Assembly: GCF_018977255.1 (NCBI RefSeq)
Contig: NW_024704742.1
Location: 76,510,001-76,574,000 of the forward strand
Direction: 5' to 3'
From: Callorhinchus milii
Lineage: Eukaryota
DNA length: 64,000 nucleotides
Shown: positions 1-12,964 of the stretch, piece after piece
Layout: every line of letters starts with the position of its first letter
Numbering within the stretch: the stretch's first letter is position 1
The notes under the pieces: generated by a model
What the model was told of the DNA's origin: nothing
Database searches by the model: none
Seen by the model: the letters and a program-made list of their open reading frames with translations, nothing else
Program-made: the position numbers and the translations under genes

Positions 1-2614
1 TCCTCATTACTTTGAAATATGTCTTGTAGCTAGAGGCTTTTTTGTAAACAGCTATTGCTGATTTTCATCACTGTTAAGAGATACAATACATTGTAGCCTC
101 AATTACCCATGGTGATATAGGTCCCCTCTTTCCTGGTAACTGGTAAATAATAAAAGTTACACTGTAAGTGACAAGAATAACAGAGGTGGTTAGAAGGCAG
201 GAACTGAGCTGTTGAAAGCAGGAGCTGAGTTGGAAAGATTGAATAGATGCAGCACAAGTTAAGTGGTTATCCATCTCCCCACCACTGACAGTCTTTACAA
301 ACACTGATGTTGCAGAGAAAACACAAAGCGTTTTTATTTCTTTGTCAGCAATTTAACATCAAACCTTGATAGAGAAATAGGAATTCAGAATGCTTTGGTG
401 ATTGGTGAGATATGGTCTTGCCGGGAATGAAGTGAGGTCCAGATCTTTTTTGACTGGTGGATGGACTTGCAGTTCCACATATTGGTTGAGATTTTTCCAG
501 TTGATCAGTGAATTAACCAAACGTTATAGGACCCCCAGCTTGGGTCCAAAACTCTATCTGTCAGCGCCTTGTGATGTCCTCCCGATGTGAAAGGTGCTAT
601 ACGAATGTCATTTTGTTGTTGTTGTTGTTGTTGTTGTTGTAATGTCTCAGCTGAAGGCCAGCACCTCTAACAATGCAGCACTCCCCTCAGCATCAGCCTG
701 GAGTTTCTGCCAGATTGACCCCCTCACTGGTGTAATGCAACAAAACTATACCACAATGTCATGAGCTTTAACAAACTGGCAGAAAAAAATCTAATATTGT
801 GTGGATTTTAATGTGTAAGATATGAACTTTTAATACCATATTTCTAACTTGTTTCAAAATAACCTACACCTAGTACTCTTAACTAAGGTCTGTGGAATGA
901 TTCAGTTAATATCTAGTATGATGTATTCTGATGACATAGAAATTACAAGTTTATCCATTTCATAGCAGAAAAGGCTATGACTGCCAAGCTCACTGTAAGA
1001 AAACTAAATCAAGCAGGGAATTTAATCAAGAAATGAGACGCCAAGTAATGTTGCAATGAATGTAACCTAAACAGTCTAACCTGAATGTGTATTTCCATCC
1101 CACATTTGGAATACAAATTGTGAATGATTGGATCTTCAGAAACATAAAGGCGCTTTTTCTGAGTATACTGCTATAAATAGACAGATCACTCCAGAAGTTA
1201 TTAATATGCTTCTGCATTTATCTGCCATCAATCACATAATGTGCATGAGTGTTTGTGTGAGGTGTCATCCATGGTTTTGCAAGGTCAGGAGAATTTCTGA
1301 GAAGGTTTCCAGTAAATAGCTACAGTTATATACTTCACTCAAAATATTTAAGTTAAGACAAACATATCTCTACCACCTATCTTGTACTAAACACAAACAC
1401 AGAATTATGCTTACTGGACTCTGAATGCTGGTAAATGATCTAGAGTTATAAGAAGAGCTGACAGGACAATCTATAATTAGAAAGTGGAATGAAAGTGAGC
1501 TGCAGATTTATTGTATGCTGTGTTTACAGTGTACCATTTCCATCCCATTAAAACCTCTGCAAAATCAGTTCAATCACACATTCGTTTTTAATAAGGATGA
1601 ATATACAACAGCAACAGCCAAGGCTAGGGAATCCCAGAGTATGGGTTGGGGTACTGCTGTAGTCCAATCAGCTAAAACCACATTGTTTGCTATTGATATT
1701 GCTGTCTGGTGAGCGTTCCTGCTGCTTTTCCAGCTTGGACCACCCTATCCATCAGCACTTTGGCTTATAGGGTTAACAGGGGCTGAGTAGGATGACTTCC
1801 TGCCCCCAGTGACTGGTCTGCCCTTCCAGGTCCTGCCAATGAGCCAGGCTGGCTGTGCTGTCATCAGCTGTGCCCTGAAACACTGCAGACTTGGCTGGTT
1901 CAGGAGCTGGACTACTGAGACCACCAGAGAGGGCTGACTTGATTCTGGCATTCCGTTGCCAAGCAAGTCATCTTGGAGCCAGTTCAACTCCAAGGAGACC
2001 CAGCTTTCCTCTCGCCCAAGGACGATAGTCACTGATTAGTTGTTTGACATCCGACAAGTGCTGGTTTGAGCCCTCACTAGGTGGATGGAACTCTCTGTGA
2101 GCTTCTCAGTGAGCAACACAGCTCAGCATGAAATGTGTGGGAGCATTGCCACCATCTTTCTGTCCGCAGCTCGGGCACGCGACCTTGAGCGAGAGGTATA
2201 AATATTAATAATCCTTGTATTGATATAGCACCTTATCATGTTACTGAATGACATACCACCTCACAGGATTTATTTTAAAGTGTAGCGACTATGTAGAGTT
2301 GTGTGCTGTTATGTGGAGTTACACAGAGTGATATGACATGGAAACATGTCATTTGGCCCAACTTGTCTGGGACCAGTGTTTGTCCTCCACATGAGCCTCC
2401 ACCCATCCAATTCCTCCTCTCTCCAATACATTTATTTGTAGCTGAACAAGGTTATGAAGTCATTGTTATTATTGGTTGTGCCTGCAAATTTGAAAACAAA
2501 AGTGTTACCGTATTCAGAAAAGGGGATAAGCTAAATCTTCTAACACATTAACTGGGTCTCATTAATTGGAACTTGATGCAATCAATCATTCCAAGAAAAA
2601 ATGGAAGATTACAT

Positions 2615-4225
2615 CAACAACTTGCACTTATATAGCGCTCTCCATACTCATACTGTACTCATGCAGGGTAGCAGCTCAGAGCGCCTAACAGTGGTGGAGC
2701 CTGACTCCGAGCTGGGTGGGGGGGAGGTGGCTGTAAGCACAGTCAAAGAGAAAGGATTTCAGGCAGGACTTGAAAAAGGGGAGAGAGGGGCAAGGTGGAG
2801 GGATTGAGGGAGAGTGTTCCAGAGTTTTGGGACATAGTGGCTGAAAGTGCGACCTCCGATGGTGGGGTTGAGAGTGCAAGGAATGACCAGGAGGCTGGTG
2901 CCTGTTGAGCAGAGGCACCAGGTGGTGGATTGCGGAGTGCGGAGGTCGGAGAGGTAGTGAGGTGCCAGAGAGTGAAGGGATTTGATCATGATTGTGAGGA
3001 TCTTGAAATCGATCTGTTTGGTAATGGGGAGCCAGTGGAGTCTGACCAGAACTGGTGAGATCTGAGTTCAGAGTTTAGTCTGGGTCAGTATGGGGGTGGC
3101 AGAGTTCTGAATGAGCTGGATCTTTTGAATAGTAGAGCAGGAGAGAGTGGGGAGTGATGCATTTGTGTAATCCAGGTGGGAGGTGACAAACGCATGCAAG
3201 AGGGTTTCGACTGCATTTGGTGTAAGGTATGGTCGGGGGCGGGCAATGTGGCGGAAGTGGAAGAAGATGGTCCTGGTCAGGAACCGGTGTGGGAGGAAGA
3301 ACAGCTGGGGGTTGAACCGAACGCCTAGATTACGCACTGGTTCGTTGAGTGTGAGGGAAAGCCCAGGGCGGTTGAGGAGTTCAGATCCGCAGGAGTGAAG
3401 ATGTTGATGGGAGCCAAGGAGTATGTCTTCCGTCTTGTCCACATTCAGCTGCAGGCATTTATCCAGGCCCTGATGTCTGCCAGACAAGCTGATAGAACAT
3501 CAGTGGACCTGGAGTTGGTACTGGAGGAGGCAAAGTGGATATGTGTGTCATGCGCGTACATGTAGAAGTTTACCCCGTGTCTGTGGATGACATCACCCAG
3601 AGGGTATATTCCTTATATAGATAAGGAAAAGAAGAGGGCCAAGGATAGAGCCTTGGGGTACCCCACAGGTGACCGGGTGGAGGGTGCGAGGCATGAGCAG
3701 GAGGTCGGTGACAGTCGAGCGGAGGCGCCGGGTGGTGGATTGAGGAGTTTGGAGAGGAGGTGCTAGAGAGTGAAGGTATTTGAACACGAGTGTGAGGATC
3801 TTGAAGTCGATCCATTCGGTGATGGGGAGCCAGTGGGTATAGAGGTTGGTCCGGGTGTGTAGAACTTGAAGCATGCGAATGCAGTCACACTATGGTGGAT
3901 GAGGGAGGAGAGGCATTGGAGGAGGATGGCTTGATTGACTGTATCGAACGTGGCAGAGAGATCCAGAAGGATGAGGAGGCAGAGGGAGCCCTGGTCACAG
4001 ATAGAGAGAACATCGTTTGTGACTTTGACGAGTGCTGCCTCTGTGCTGTGGGCAGCGCAAAAAACAGACTGCAGAGGCTCATGGAGGGAGAGGTGTGACT
4101 GAAGTTGAACTGCAACAATGCGTACCAAGACTTTGGCAAGGAAAGGTAGGTTGGAAATGGGATAGTAGTGTGAAAGATTAGAGGGATTGAGGGTGAGGTT
4201 TTCGAGGAGGGGTGTGGTAACATTG
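2615..4225 (-). mobile_element. L2-clade LINE 3' fragments (RT C-terminal part)
   Basis: HSTEAALVKVTND, LLDLSATFDTV, GVPQGSILGPLLF, LQLNVDKTE, HAFVTSHLDY, LHWLP-type motifs and a (ttg)n tail. Degenerate and rearranged. Confidence 0.88.
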
Positions 4226-6135
4226 CCTAATTTAGAAAAATTAAAAATGCAAGGTTACCCTTTGTAAATAATTGGCCAGTCTGCCTGAGACTGACCACAG
4301 GCAATTGACTCCCCCAAAATGTATGACTGTCATTGCTTCACAAATCTGCACTGTCCTTTTGGAGGGATGCATCCAGCTTTTCTAATTAGGCACAGGTTGG
4401 CAAGAGTCAAGGCTTGGGGACCCCAGATTGTGCTTTAAAGGGGCTTCTAGGGTTTAACCAGCTGAAATTACATAGATTGCCATTGAAAGTGCTGTCTGGC
4501 AAGGTTTCCCACTGAATGTCCCGCTCGGATCATCCTACCTGTTAAGGCTTTGGGTTTCAGAATTAGGAGAAGCAGACTGGATTGGTACTGGTCTGGTAAA
4601 TTTTTGTGTTCATTTTGTTTGGTCTGCCACATCACCATGCTTAAGAATAACTGAGATTTCCATGCATCCCACCTACACACAATTCCAGAGGCAGATTGTT
4701 GGAATGGAATGCTCACTCTTTCCCTGGAGGGATTCATGTGTTCATCTAGTCTTAACAGAAGTGATAAATGCAAATAGGGCAATGACACCCTCTGATGTCA
4801 AAATATAAGAATAATGCATTTGATATGGTGCCTTATTACATCTTTGAGATGTCGCAAAGCGCTTCACAGAATATACTGTCCTCCCGACGTGAAAGGCGCT
4901 ATATAAATTTAATCTTGTTGTTGTTGTAAAGTGAATTGGCTGTATATTTTGTGAGCAAAACATGGCAGCCATTTGTGCACAGCAGTGTTCCACAAACAGT
5001 CATGGATTGAGTGGCCAAATTATTTTTTTTTTGAAGGATTATTATTATCCCTGTAAAACGATCCACCAAACGATTAACAACCAGGTTCCTACTTACTGCT
5101 AGGTAAACAGAGGCGTGTTGAGTAAGAAAACTTGCCCAACATTGCACCCTGTTTGGAAATCAAAGCCAGATCCTCTTGCTTGCGAGGCGAGTGCTCTTGG
5201 TTACTATCATTTGCACACAAATATTGGTCCCTGAACACAATTTTCCAAAGAGGAGAAGAAGGCACCTCTTACAAGTCAGTTCCTATCCCTCTTTGTCCGA
5301 ATCTCAAGGTAAAGCTCATACCTTTACAAGTCGTTTGGGACTTGTTGGGATCCATAATCTTGGTATAACACATTACAAAGGTTCACATTATTTGATCAGA
5401 GATCTAAGATGTCACCAAAGCTGCGAGGAAATCTCCTGTAGAGATTTGCCAGTCTGTCTCCCTTGTTGTTGCCATTCACGACCTCTTGTTTTAATGAACA
5501 AACAGCTTCACTTGACATTTGTCCACAATGAAAAATCTACAATTATCTTGCAAGGACCAGAGAAAAAGGGACTTGTGAGTGAAGTTGCATAAGTTCTTGA
5601 AACCTGCAGCACAAGTGAAATGGGCTGGAAAAAAAAACCTAATAGTAGTAATAATCCTTGCATGTGAAATCAAATCATCGCAACATCTCAAAGTGCTTCA
5701 CAAAATATTCTGTAAAGGCATGACTTTGTGTTACATAGAGCTCATGATTCAGGACGCTCTTTATAAAAGCAAGTTGTTGTATTTTGTAGATGAAATGCAG
5801 CACGCAGACAGGTAAGCAGATGCTGCTCAAGCTCCATATCTCCAACTTGTCTTCAACAGGGAGAAAAGAAAAAACCCTTTCAGGTAGAGTGGTCGTAGCT
5901 GGACAACCAGAGGGAAAGCTTGCCAGACAATTCTTTCAACGACAAGCTACTCAGTGTTAGTTGGTTAGACTTCAAAAGTACCCCAGTGCAAACTTTGGGT
6001 TCCCCAAGCCTTGACTCTTGCCAACATGAGTCTTATGCTCTATGGATTTAGCTAGGCAGGATGCGTACTTCCAAGGAGAGAGTGCGCATTCCATTCCAAT
6101 ACATGGTAATAAAGTTTAGTTTGAATACTCTTAAA

Positions 6136-6295
6136 TAGAGGAGAGGAAAGCTCCAGCACTGCAATGTCATAGTCTAATTCATATAGAACACTGTGATACA
6201 GATGAGTGATAATTCTTCTAATGGTTCTTGATATACCACCACCTAAAGTAGTTGACCCCATATAAGCTTTCCACAATGATGAGTTTGCCCCTCGA
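6136..6295 (-). pseudogene. Copy D protease exon SP2, truncated after DIAVLELSSPL
   Basis: RGANSSLWKAYMGSTTLGGGISRTIRRIITHLYHSVLYELDYDIAVLELSSPL, then an abrupt switch into interspersed-repeat sequence. No SP3 or SP4 found in 1-6135. Confidence 0.9.
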
Positions 6296-7122
6296 CTTTA
6301 AATAAACAGAAACAAATATAAAATGTCAAATATAATGACCTGGACATGTTTAACCATATTTATCATTGAACTATATTTATCGTCAAACAATCTGCCTCAG
6401 AAAAGGTTCCAATATGATGTAATAATTTACAAGAATTTCATTTTGCTTAATGTTCACAAGTAATTTTAATGGACCATAAAAATCTAACAGTGCAACAAAA
6501 ATATTGTATTCCTGTCTACTGCAGTTAATAATAATAAAAATTCCTGTATTTGATATAATAACAATAATCCTTGCATTTTTATCATGCCTTATCACGTCTT
6601 TGAGACATCTCAAATCGCTTCACAGGATTATTCTGTAAAGTGTAATGATATAGTGCCTTTCATGTCAGGAAGGCAAGTGCTTCACATGATTTACTGTATA
6701 ATTGTGTAGAGATTGAGTATTTTAAAGGCAAAATCCTACAACCGATTTGCACACAGTATCATGGGATGTTTAATGTCCACCTGATCAGGTATAGATAAGA
6801 TCTCAGTTGAACATGCAAACAGGGACAACTTTGCAAGAGGTTCCTTTTACGATATAGGTTGTCTTTCCTTATTCCCCAATTACGCAGAGTCCAGGAAGCA
6901 TGCTGGTTGGAGCACTCACCTTGCAAGTGAGAGGACCTTGGTTCAAAAACCGGAAAGGGCGAAACGTTAGGCAAGTTCTTACTCCACACGCCTCCATTTA
7001 ACTAGCAGTATGTACGAATTCAGATCTTAATCAATTGATGGATTGCTTTCCCGGGGTTCATGGTCCCTTCAAAAAATAATATTAATAATAATAATTTGCT
7101 CACATAATCCTTGAATGTTTGT
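6137..7122. repeat. Segmental duplicate (copy 1) of 25081-26062
   Basis: About 1 kb of exon plus intron that aligns almost base for base. The paired ORF-track peptides MRCLKDVIRHDKNARII... and MWSKNLPNVSPFPVFEPR... occur at both sites. Confidence 0.95.
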
Positions 7123-7490
7123 GAGAGACTACTGTGTGCAATTGGCTGCTGCATTTTGCCCATAAAATACAATAAATTAATTTTACAGTATATTTTGTGA
7201 AGCACTTTGAGTCATCTCGCAGACGTGATAAGATGTTATATCAAATGCAATGATTATTATTATTACGTCTTGGTACATTACATCTGAAATATTCTATACT
7301 CCCTGTCGGCCCAGATCTCTAATAAGACAGTAAATGAGAGCCACAGGGACAGATTATGAAACAGATGAGGTAGGAGCTCTAACACAAACTTCTGGCTATT
7401 GTTCAAAATATAACATTAAGAAAACATAATTTAGATTCTATTTCCAAAATAAAGTGAAAGGAATACACAAAAGGAAAGAGGAATATTTAC

Positions 7491-7656
7491 CCCTGGAAAC
7501 AGTGAGCTGCAGAGAGGAGCCACCTGTCAGCGATGACAGAAGCCCCACACATGTGTGACCTCCTGACCTGAAGGCTCACTTGCCAGGGCCATTCACCCTG
7601 CACCGCATTTGTTCCTCCAACAATCCTACTGATTATTTCAGGCCGAGTGCCACAAG
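7491..7656 (-). pseudogene. Copy D protease exon SP1 (open frame)
   Basis: Acceptor ccacag|CT, donor GG|gtaaat. Encodes [54 protein letters not shown]. Confidence 0.93.
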
Positions 7657-8586
7657 CTGTGGATAAACCAAAAACAAATCACATGTAGGACTCTCGCTTC
7701 TGAGTCAAAAGGTTGTGGTTTCAAGCCCAATGTCAGGATGTGGAACTCATATCATCTATGATGATACTGCAATGCAGTATTGAGATGTGCTGGATGTTGG
7801 AAGTGCCAACCTTTGGGTGAGATGCAATCCCCCAAATAAAATTGGTCATTCACTTCATGGCTTTTGTGGTATTGGCTAATTGGCTGCTGTGTTCGTCCAC
7901 AGGAAAGCAATTCCTTTGGCCCTCTGTTGGCTGGGATTGGTACAGGCAGCACCACCGATCTGAGGAGTTTGATTCGCCTTCACAAAGAGGAACACACAAA
8001 CTGGAATACAGATCTGCTCTGAGCCCTTGATCACGAGGTTCGGGCCAGGTTTGCCCAGGCATAAGAGGCGATCAGATCACTTGATCTGCTCAGGTGGTCA
8101 TGTGGAAAGGAATCAAGGCCATGTAGTTCTTTGATGTTTTGAGATCTAGATTGAGGGGAAAAGGGTTATCTGAGAGACAGCCTTCATTCCTTTTGGAGGA
8201 ATACAATTTGGTTTCGACAAAATTTGGCAAAATAAAATCAAAATTTCTGTAATGCGCTTTGAGATGTCTCGATGACATGACAAGATGCTATATCAGATGC
8301 AAAGCTTACTATTATTCTATCAAACGCAAGTCCAATGGAAATTGGTAGTCTAGAGTTGGTGTTGGAGGATCGGATGCCATATGATGAGGAATATCTATAA
8401 ATTCCATAAGATGTTTGCCAAATTACCAAATGATAGGCTGATGTTATAAGTATCAATATTAATAGATGGATATGGATTCAAAGTGAGCAGAAGGGAACGA
8501 ATCAGGAATCCTATTTGCTATCCATACTCCGTGTGAAGAGTTTTGAATTGCCAAATTAAATGGGGACCTAGGAAGGCTTAGCTTAC

Positions 8587-8652
8587 CTGGGCTTGGTTCA
8601 ATTGTAAATCCAGGAGTTGTGGATACACCTACAGTTGTTGTTGAAATAACAT
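8587..8652 (-). pseudogene. Copy D Ser/Thr/Pro-rich linker exon
   Basis: Acceptor ctctcttccag|AT, donor G|gtaagc. 66 nt, phase 1-1. Encodes DVISTTTVGVSTTPGFTIEPSP. Confidence 0.8.
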
Positions 8653-9689
8653 CTGGAAGAGAGAAGTATAATGTGTTATTAAAGCTGGATTGAAAACACA
8701 GTGCAAAAAGAAAGAATGTTGATCAAGCCAACTTCAATTTAATTTTTTATGCTGAAATGAATTAAACTGAGTAGTGAAGTTTAACCTTTGCCAACTCTCC
8801 TTCAGGATCCTTCTCATCTATTTCCCTCCCAACCCTCCCAGTGCCTTCCTTCCTGAAATTTCCTTTCTTTTCCCCTTGCTCATCTGTTCTGAGTGCTTCA
8901 TCATCAGGCTGTCAAACATCGCAAAGCACTTCAGAGGATTTCTTGTAAAGTGTAGTGACTGTGTATTTATAGTAAAAGCAGTAGCCACACTGCTCAAGGC
9001 AATGTTCCACACACAGTCATTATTTGATCAATTTTATCTGGAGGATTGTTGGCAAGTAAGGTCACCCAGAGAAATTTTTTCAAATATTGCCTTGGGATTT
9101 TTAATGCCCACTCGAACAAGCAGGTGAGATTATGATTTAGTGTCTCATCTGAAGGTCAGCACCCCTGTCAATGCAACACACCCCAACAATGCACTGGTGT
9201 GTCAGCCCAGACAGTACGAGACATTATGTGGTGTCCCAATGTGCAGCTTGAACCTGCCCTCACCGCCAACCACTGTTATGTTTGGCACAGAGGACATTTC
9301 AGTTTGTAAACAAGAAGTCAATAACATCCACGAGAAGGTAATGAAACAGGCTTGTACCTTGGAGGAAAAGATCTTGCACTTCTGTGACTTGCACTTCTGC
9401 AACTGGCGAAGCTAAGTTTACAAACCTGCAGACTGAGAGGTATTGTTTGCAGTGTGGGTGATATTCACATCGGCACTGTGGCTGGGTCTCCCCTAAACTT
9501 TACAATAATATAATAGTAATCCTTGCATTTAATATAGCACCTTATCACGTCTTCGAGACGTCTCAAAGCGCTTCATAGAGTATACTGTAAAGTGTAGTGA
9601 CTGTATATTCTGTGTGCAAAATGAGGCAGCCAATTGCGCATAGCAGTGTCCCATAAATATAAAATAGGCCCATTTCCTCCAGTCTCAAC

Positions 9690-9812
9690 ACACAGCAATC
9701 AAGCAGCATCAACGGAGAGAGGAATGCAAGTTAATGTTTCAGGTCTATGACCTTTCATCAGAACTTCTGTGTTTATATCAGATATCCAGCATCTACAGTA
9801 CTTTGCCTTCTA
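9690..9812. mobile_element. Penelope-like terminal fragment with internal inversion
   Basis: 9690-9765 matches the 23027-23105 terminal sequence on the minus strand. 9765-9812 matches 23116-23160 on the plus strand. Confidence 0.7.
9729..9765 (-). ncRNA. Minimal type I hammerhead-ribozyme-like motif (Penelope-associated)
   Basis: Minus strand reads AGTT-CTGATGA-A-AGGTC(ATA)GACCT-GAAA-C-ATT-AACT: both core boxes, a 5-bp stem II and a 4-bp stem I. Confidence 0.6.
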
Positions 9813-9818
9813 CTTAAA

Positions 9819-10143
9819 GGAGTCCTGTAGCTCAGTGGTTAGAGCACTCGCTTTGCAAGCGAGAGACCTGAGTTCATTTCCAGGCAGGGCGAAATCTTGG
9901 GCAAGTTTCCTTACTCCACGTGCCTAATAATAATCCCTACAAAACCAAAAGCAATAATAAATTGGTCATTTTCAATTTACGACTGTTTGTGGGACATTGC
10001 TGTGCGCAATTGGCTGCCGCGTTCACCCACAAATATACAGTCAATTCACTTTACAGTGTGTTCTGTGAAGCGCTTTGGGATGTCCTCCTGACATGAAAAG
10101 CGCTATATCAAATGCAAGGATTATTATTATTATTATTATTATT
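9819..10143 (+). mobile_element. Young tRNA(Ala-like)-derived SINE with L2-type tail
   Basis: A box tagctcagtgg, anticodon arm ctcgc-tttgcaa-gcgag, B box gagttcatttc. Tail gggatgtcctcc..tgaaaagcgctatatcaaatgcaagg(att)n. Apparent TSD ttaaagg. Confidence 0.9.
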
Positions 10144-10412
10144 AAAGGGAACCTGGTATGTTTCCATCTTGCAAAGTTACTCCTCAGATAACTCCTTGAT
10201 AACTAGGTTTTATCATATCACAATTATTTTACTGATCTCTATATGATATGTATGTATGCAATTTTCAGTTTGACTTTCCATTTTCATTCGCCTACAAATA
10301 CACATTCAAAACACTTTTCAGTAAATCCAGTTCTATTTAAAATAGCGATTTTAGCATTTAGAGATTGAAAGGAGTCTTAAAGTACATATGAAATGTAATA
10401 TATTTGACGTAC

Positions 10413-10594
10413 CAATGAACTGAATTGAATTCAGGTCTATGTTGAAACTATCGAGCAAAGCGATTTGGTTGATGTTAGTCATATTGCTTTGTTTCAAGCT
10501 TTGGCGGTATGTATCTTCCACTATTTCTTTTGTTATAGAGAAGTCTCCATTCGTGCTGAACATTAACAAGCTGTTCACTTTGATACTACCTGGA
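10413..10594 (-). pseudogene. Copy D SEA-domain exon 3 (GS-IKV autocleavage-type motif)
   Basis: Acceptor cttctacag|T, donor G|gtacgt. Encodes (N)PGSIKVNSLLMFSTNGDFSITKEIVEDTYRQSL...FNIDLNSIQFI. Confidence 0.85.
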
Positions 10595-10889
10595 CTGTAG
10601 AAGAGCAAGTCAAGAAAACAATTAATTTCAGTGCAGTAATCACATACCAGTTATAAGCGAACCAGGAAATCATTAACAATACATTTTACTACTGGCAAAC
10701 AGTGACAGCAGGAAATTCCTGATTGCTGGATACCCAGCATAGTGCCATCATGGACTGTATGGGTTCCAAGTCCTGATGTGGGGCTTGAATCCACGATGTT
10801 CAGTCTCAGAGGCAAGAGTGGAGGTTTCGAGAAGTCTTCAACTCTGCAAGTTAAATCCTTAGCAAGGATCCAGTCCTGGCTGGGTCAGT

Positions 10890-11930
10890 ACAACAACAAC
10901 AAGATTCCATTTATAGACCACCTTTCACGTCAGGAGGACGGCCCAAGGCACTGTACAGTTGGGTCAGGACCCGAGCAGGGGGGAAATGGTCAGGGTGAGG
11001 GGAGGGAAGGGAGGGAGCGAGGAGGGGGAAATGGTCAGGGTGAGGGAAGGGAAGGGAGGGAGCGAGGAGGGGGTAGAGAGTCGAGAGGGGAGCTGAAGGT
11101 ACGGTCAAAGAGAAAGGTCTTGAGACCGGCCTTGAAGGAGGAAAGGGAGGAAGCGGCGAAGGCACTGGGGGATAGAGTTCCAGAGCCTCGGGGCTGAGAG
11201 GCTGAAGGCCCGGCCACCGATGGTAGGGTAGTTGGGGCGGGGGATGTGGAGCAGACCGGAGCCAGAGGAACGGAGGGTACGGGCAGGTAAGTAGGGGGAT
11301 AGTAGGTCAGAGAGGTAGGAGGGAGCAAGGCCGTGAATGGCCTTGTAGGTGAGGGTGAGGATCTTGAAATCGATCCTCTGGGGATGGGGAGCCAGTGGAG
11401 GCGAGCGAGGGTGGGAGTGATGTGGTCGCGAAGCCTGGTGCGGGACAGTACACGAGCTGCAGAGTTCTGAATGACCTGCAGCTTGTGGAGGGAGGTGTCG
11501 GGAAGGCCGGCGAGGAGAGAGTTCCCATAGTCCAGCCTTGCGGTGATAAAGGCGTGGACCAGAGTTTCAGCCGCGTGAGGGGTGAGGTAATGCCGTAGTC
11601 TGGCGATATTCCGGAGGTGATGGAAGGCGGTGCCAGTTGTGGTGCGGATATGAGGGAGAAAGGACAGCTCAGGCTCGAACAGAACCCCGAGGTTCCTGAT
11701 GGCTTTGAGAGGTGGAGAGTGCAGCCTTGGATGCTGATGCTGTCAGCGCCTGAGGTGCGGAGGCGCTAACGTGAGCCAATCAGGAGAGCCTCAGTTTTGC
11801 GCCCGTTGAGCTGAAGAAGGTTGGCTCTCGTCCAGGACTCGATGTCGGACAGGCAGCTGTCAGGACATCGGGGGTCGTGGAGTTGAGGGTAGAGGAAGAA
11901 AGGTAGAGTTGGGTGTCATCCGCATACATC
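10890..11930 (-). mobile_element. Young L2 LINE 3' fragment
   Basis: MYADDTQLY motif at about 11905-11930. Tail gggccgtcctcctgacgtgaaagg...(ttg)n. Near-identical to 40835-41575 and 61885-62085. Confidence 0.9.
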
Positions 11931-12896
11931 ATGCTGTAAACATTATAAACTGTTATAACAATGTCTTATATGTTTAGATGTATCTTATCAAATATGCTTT
12001 CAGTTAACTTTCTTTTTTCCCCATCTCTGAGGAGAAAGTAAACAATTGGGTGGCCAGTCACTGTGTGAAGCCTATGTACGACACAGTCCTCACATGAAAG
12101 GCATTCCAGAGTGTAAATTGCTGTCATTGTCTAAGAAGCCTAACACCATAGGTTATTACAAATAGTTACAGTATTGTATCACTGAAAGGAACAAGAGGCT
12201 TTGGTTTCATCCCTGAGCCAAAGTGACATTTTAAATAATTCTTTCATCTTTCCAGTTCCAAACAATACATTCCTGCTGGGCCATTGATAATTGTTGTTGT
12301 TCCTTTAACTTTCTGTAAATAGCTGATCACAAAATACACACAGTAACGTCACTTTACAGGATATCCTGTGAAGTCGTCTTGATGATGTGATAAGGGGCAA
12401 TATCAAAGGCAAGGGTAATTATTATCTTTTATTTGGGGGTGAAATTAGTAAAATTTTACAAAACATTGGATGTGATGATTATTAAATCAAATCTTTTATT
12501 AAGCTATGCTAATTAACTCCCAGTATTAGAAAGTGAATTTCAGGTAATTGAACCCCCAATTCTATAAGTGTATTTACATATTTTACAGTGCTACCAACTG
12601 AGCCAGACTCAGTAACTGGATTTAGCAAGTCACAGAGGTAGCACCTTGGGATGTCCTCCCGACATGAAAGGTGCTATACAAATGTAATTTTGCATTGTGA
12701 GGTAGGGAGGAGCAAGGATTGGAGGGCTTTGAAGGGAGGACAAAGATTTTGAACTCAATCCTCTGAGGGATGGGGAGCTATTGGAGCCAGGCGAGGGTGG
12801 GGGAGATAGGGTCATGCAGCCTGATGCGGGAGACATAAGCTGCAGAGTTCTAAATGATTTGCAGCTTGTGGCGGGAACAAATTGTCAGATACATAC

Positions 12897-12964
12897 TTGA
12901 ATGATATAACTTCTGTTCCATCGAAATATTAAGACAAGATGGAGTTCATGTACACTATCTCCAA
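12897..12964 (-). pseudogene. Copy D SEA-domain exon 2 with premature stop
   Basis: Acceptor cacttacag|TTG, donor AA|gtatgt. 68 nt, phase 0-2, fits both neighbouring exons. LEIVYMNSILS*YFDGTEVISF, with TAA at 12929-12931. Confidence 0.8.

Noticed and set aside
9819..9892. tRNA-Ala(TGC) genes at the SINE heads
   Set aside because: No proper acceptor stem, and each is followed by the same SINE body and tail.
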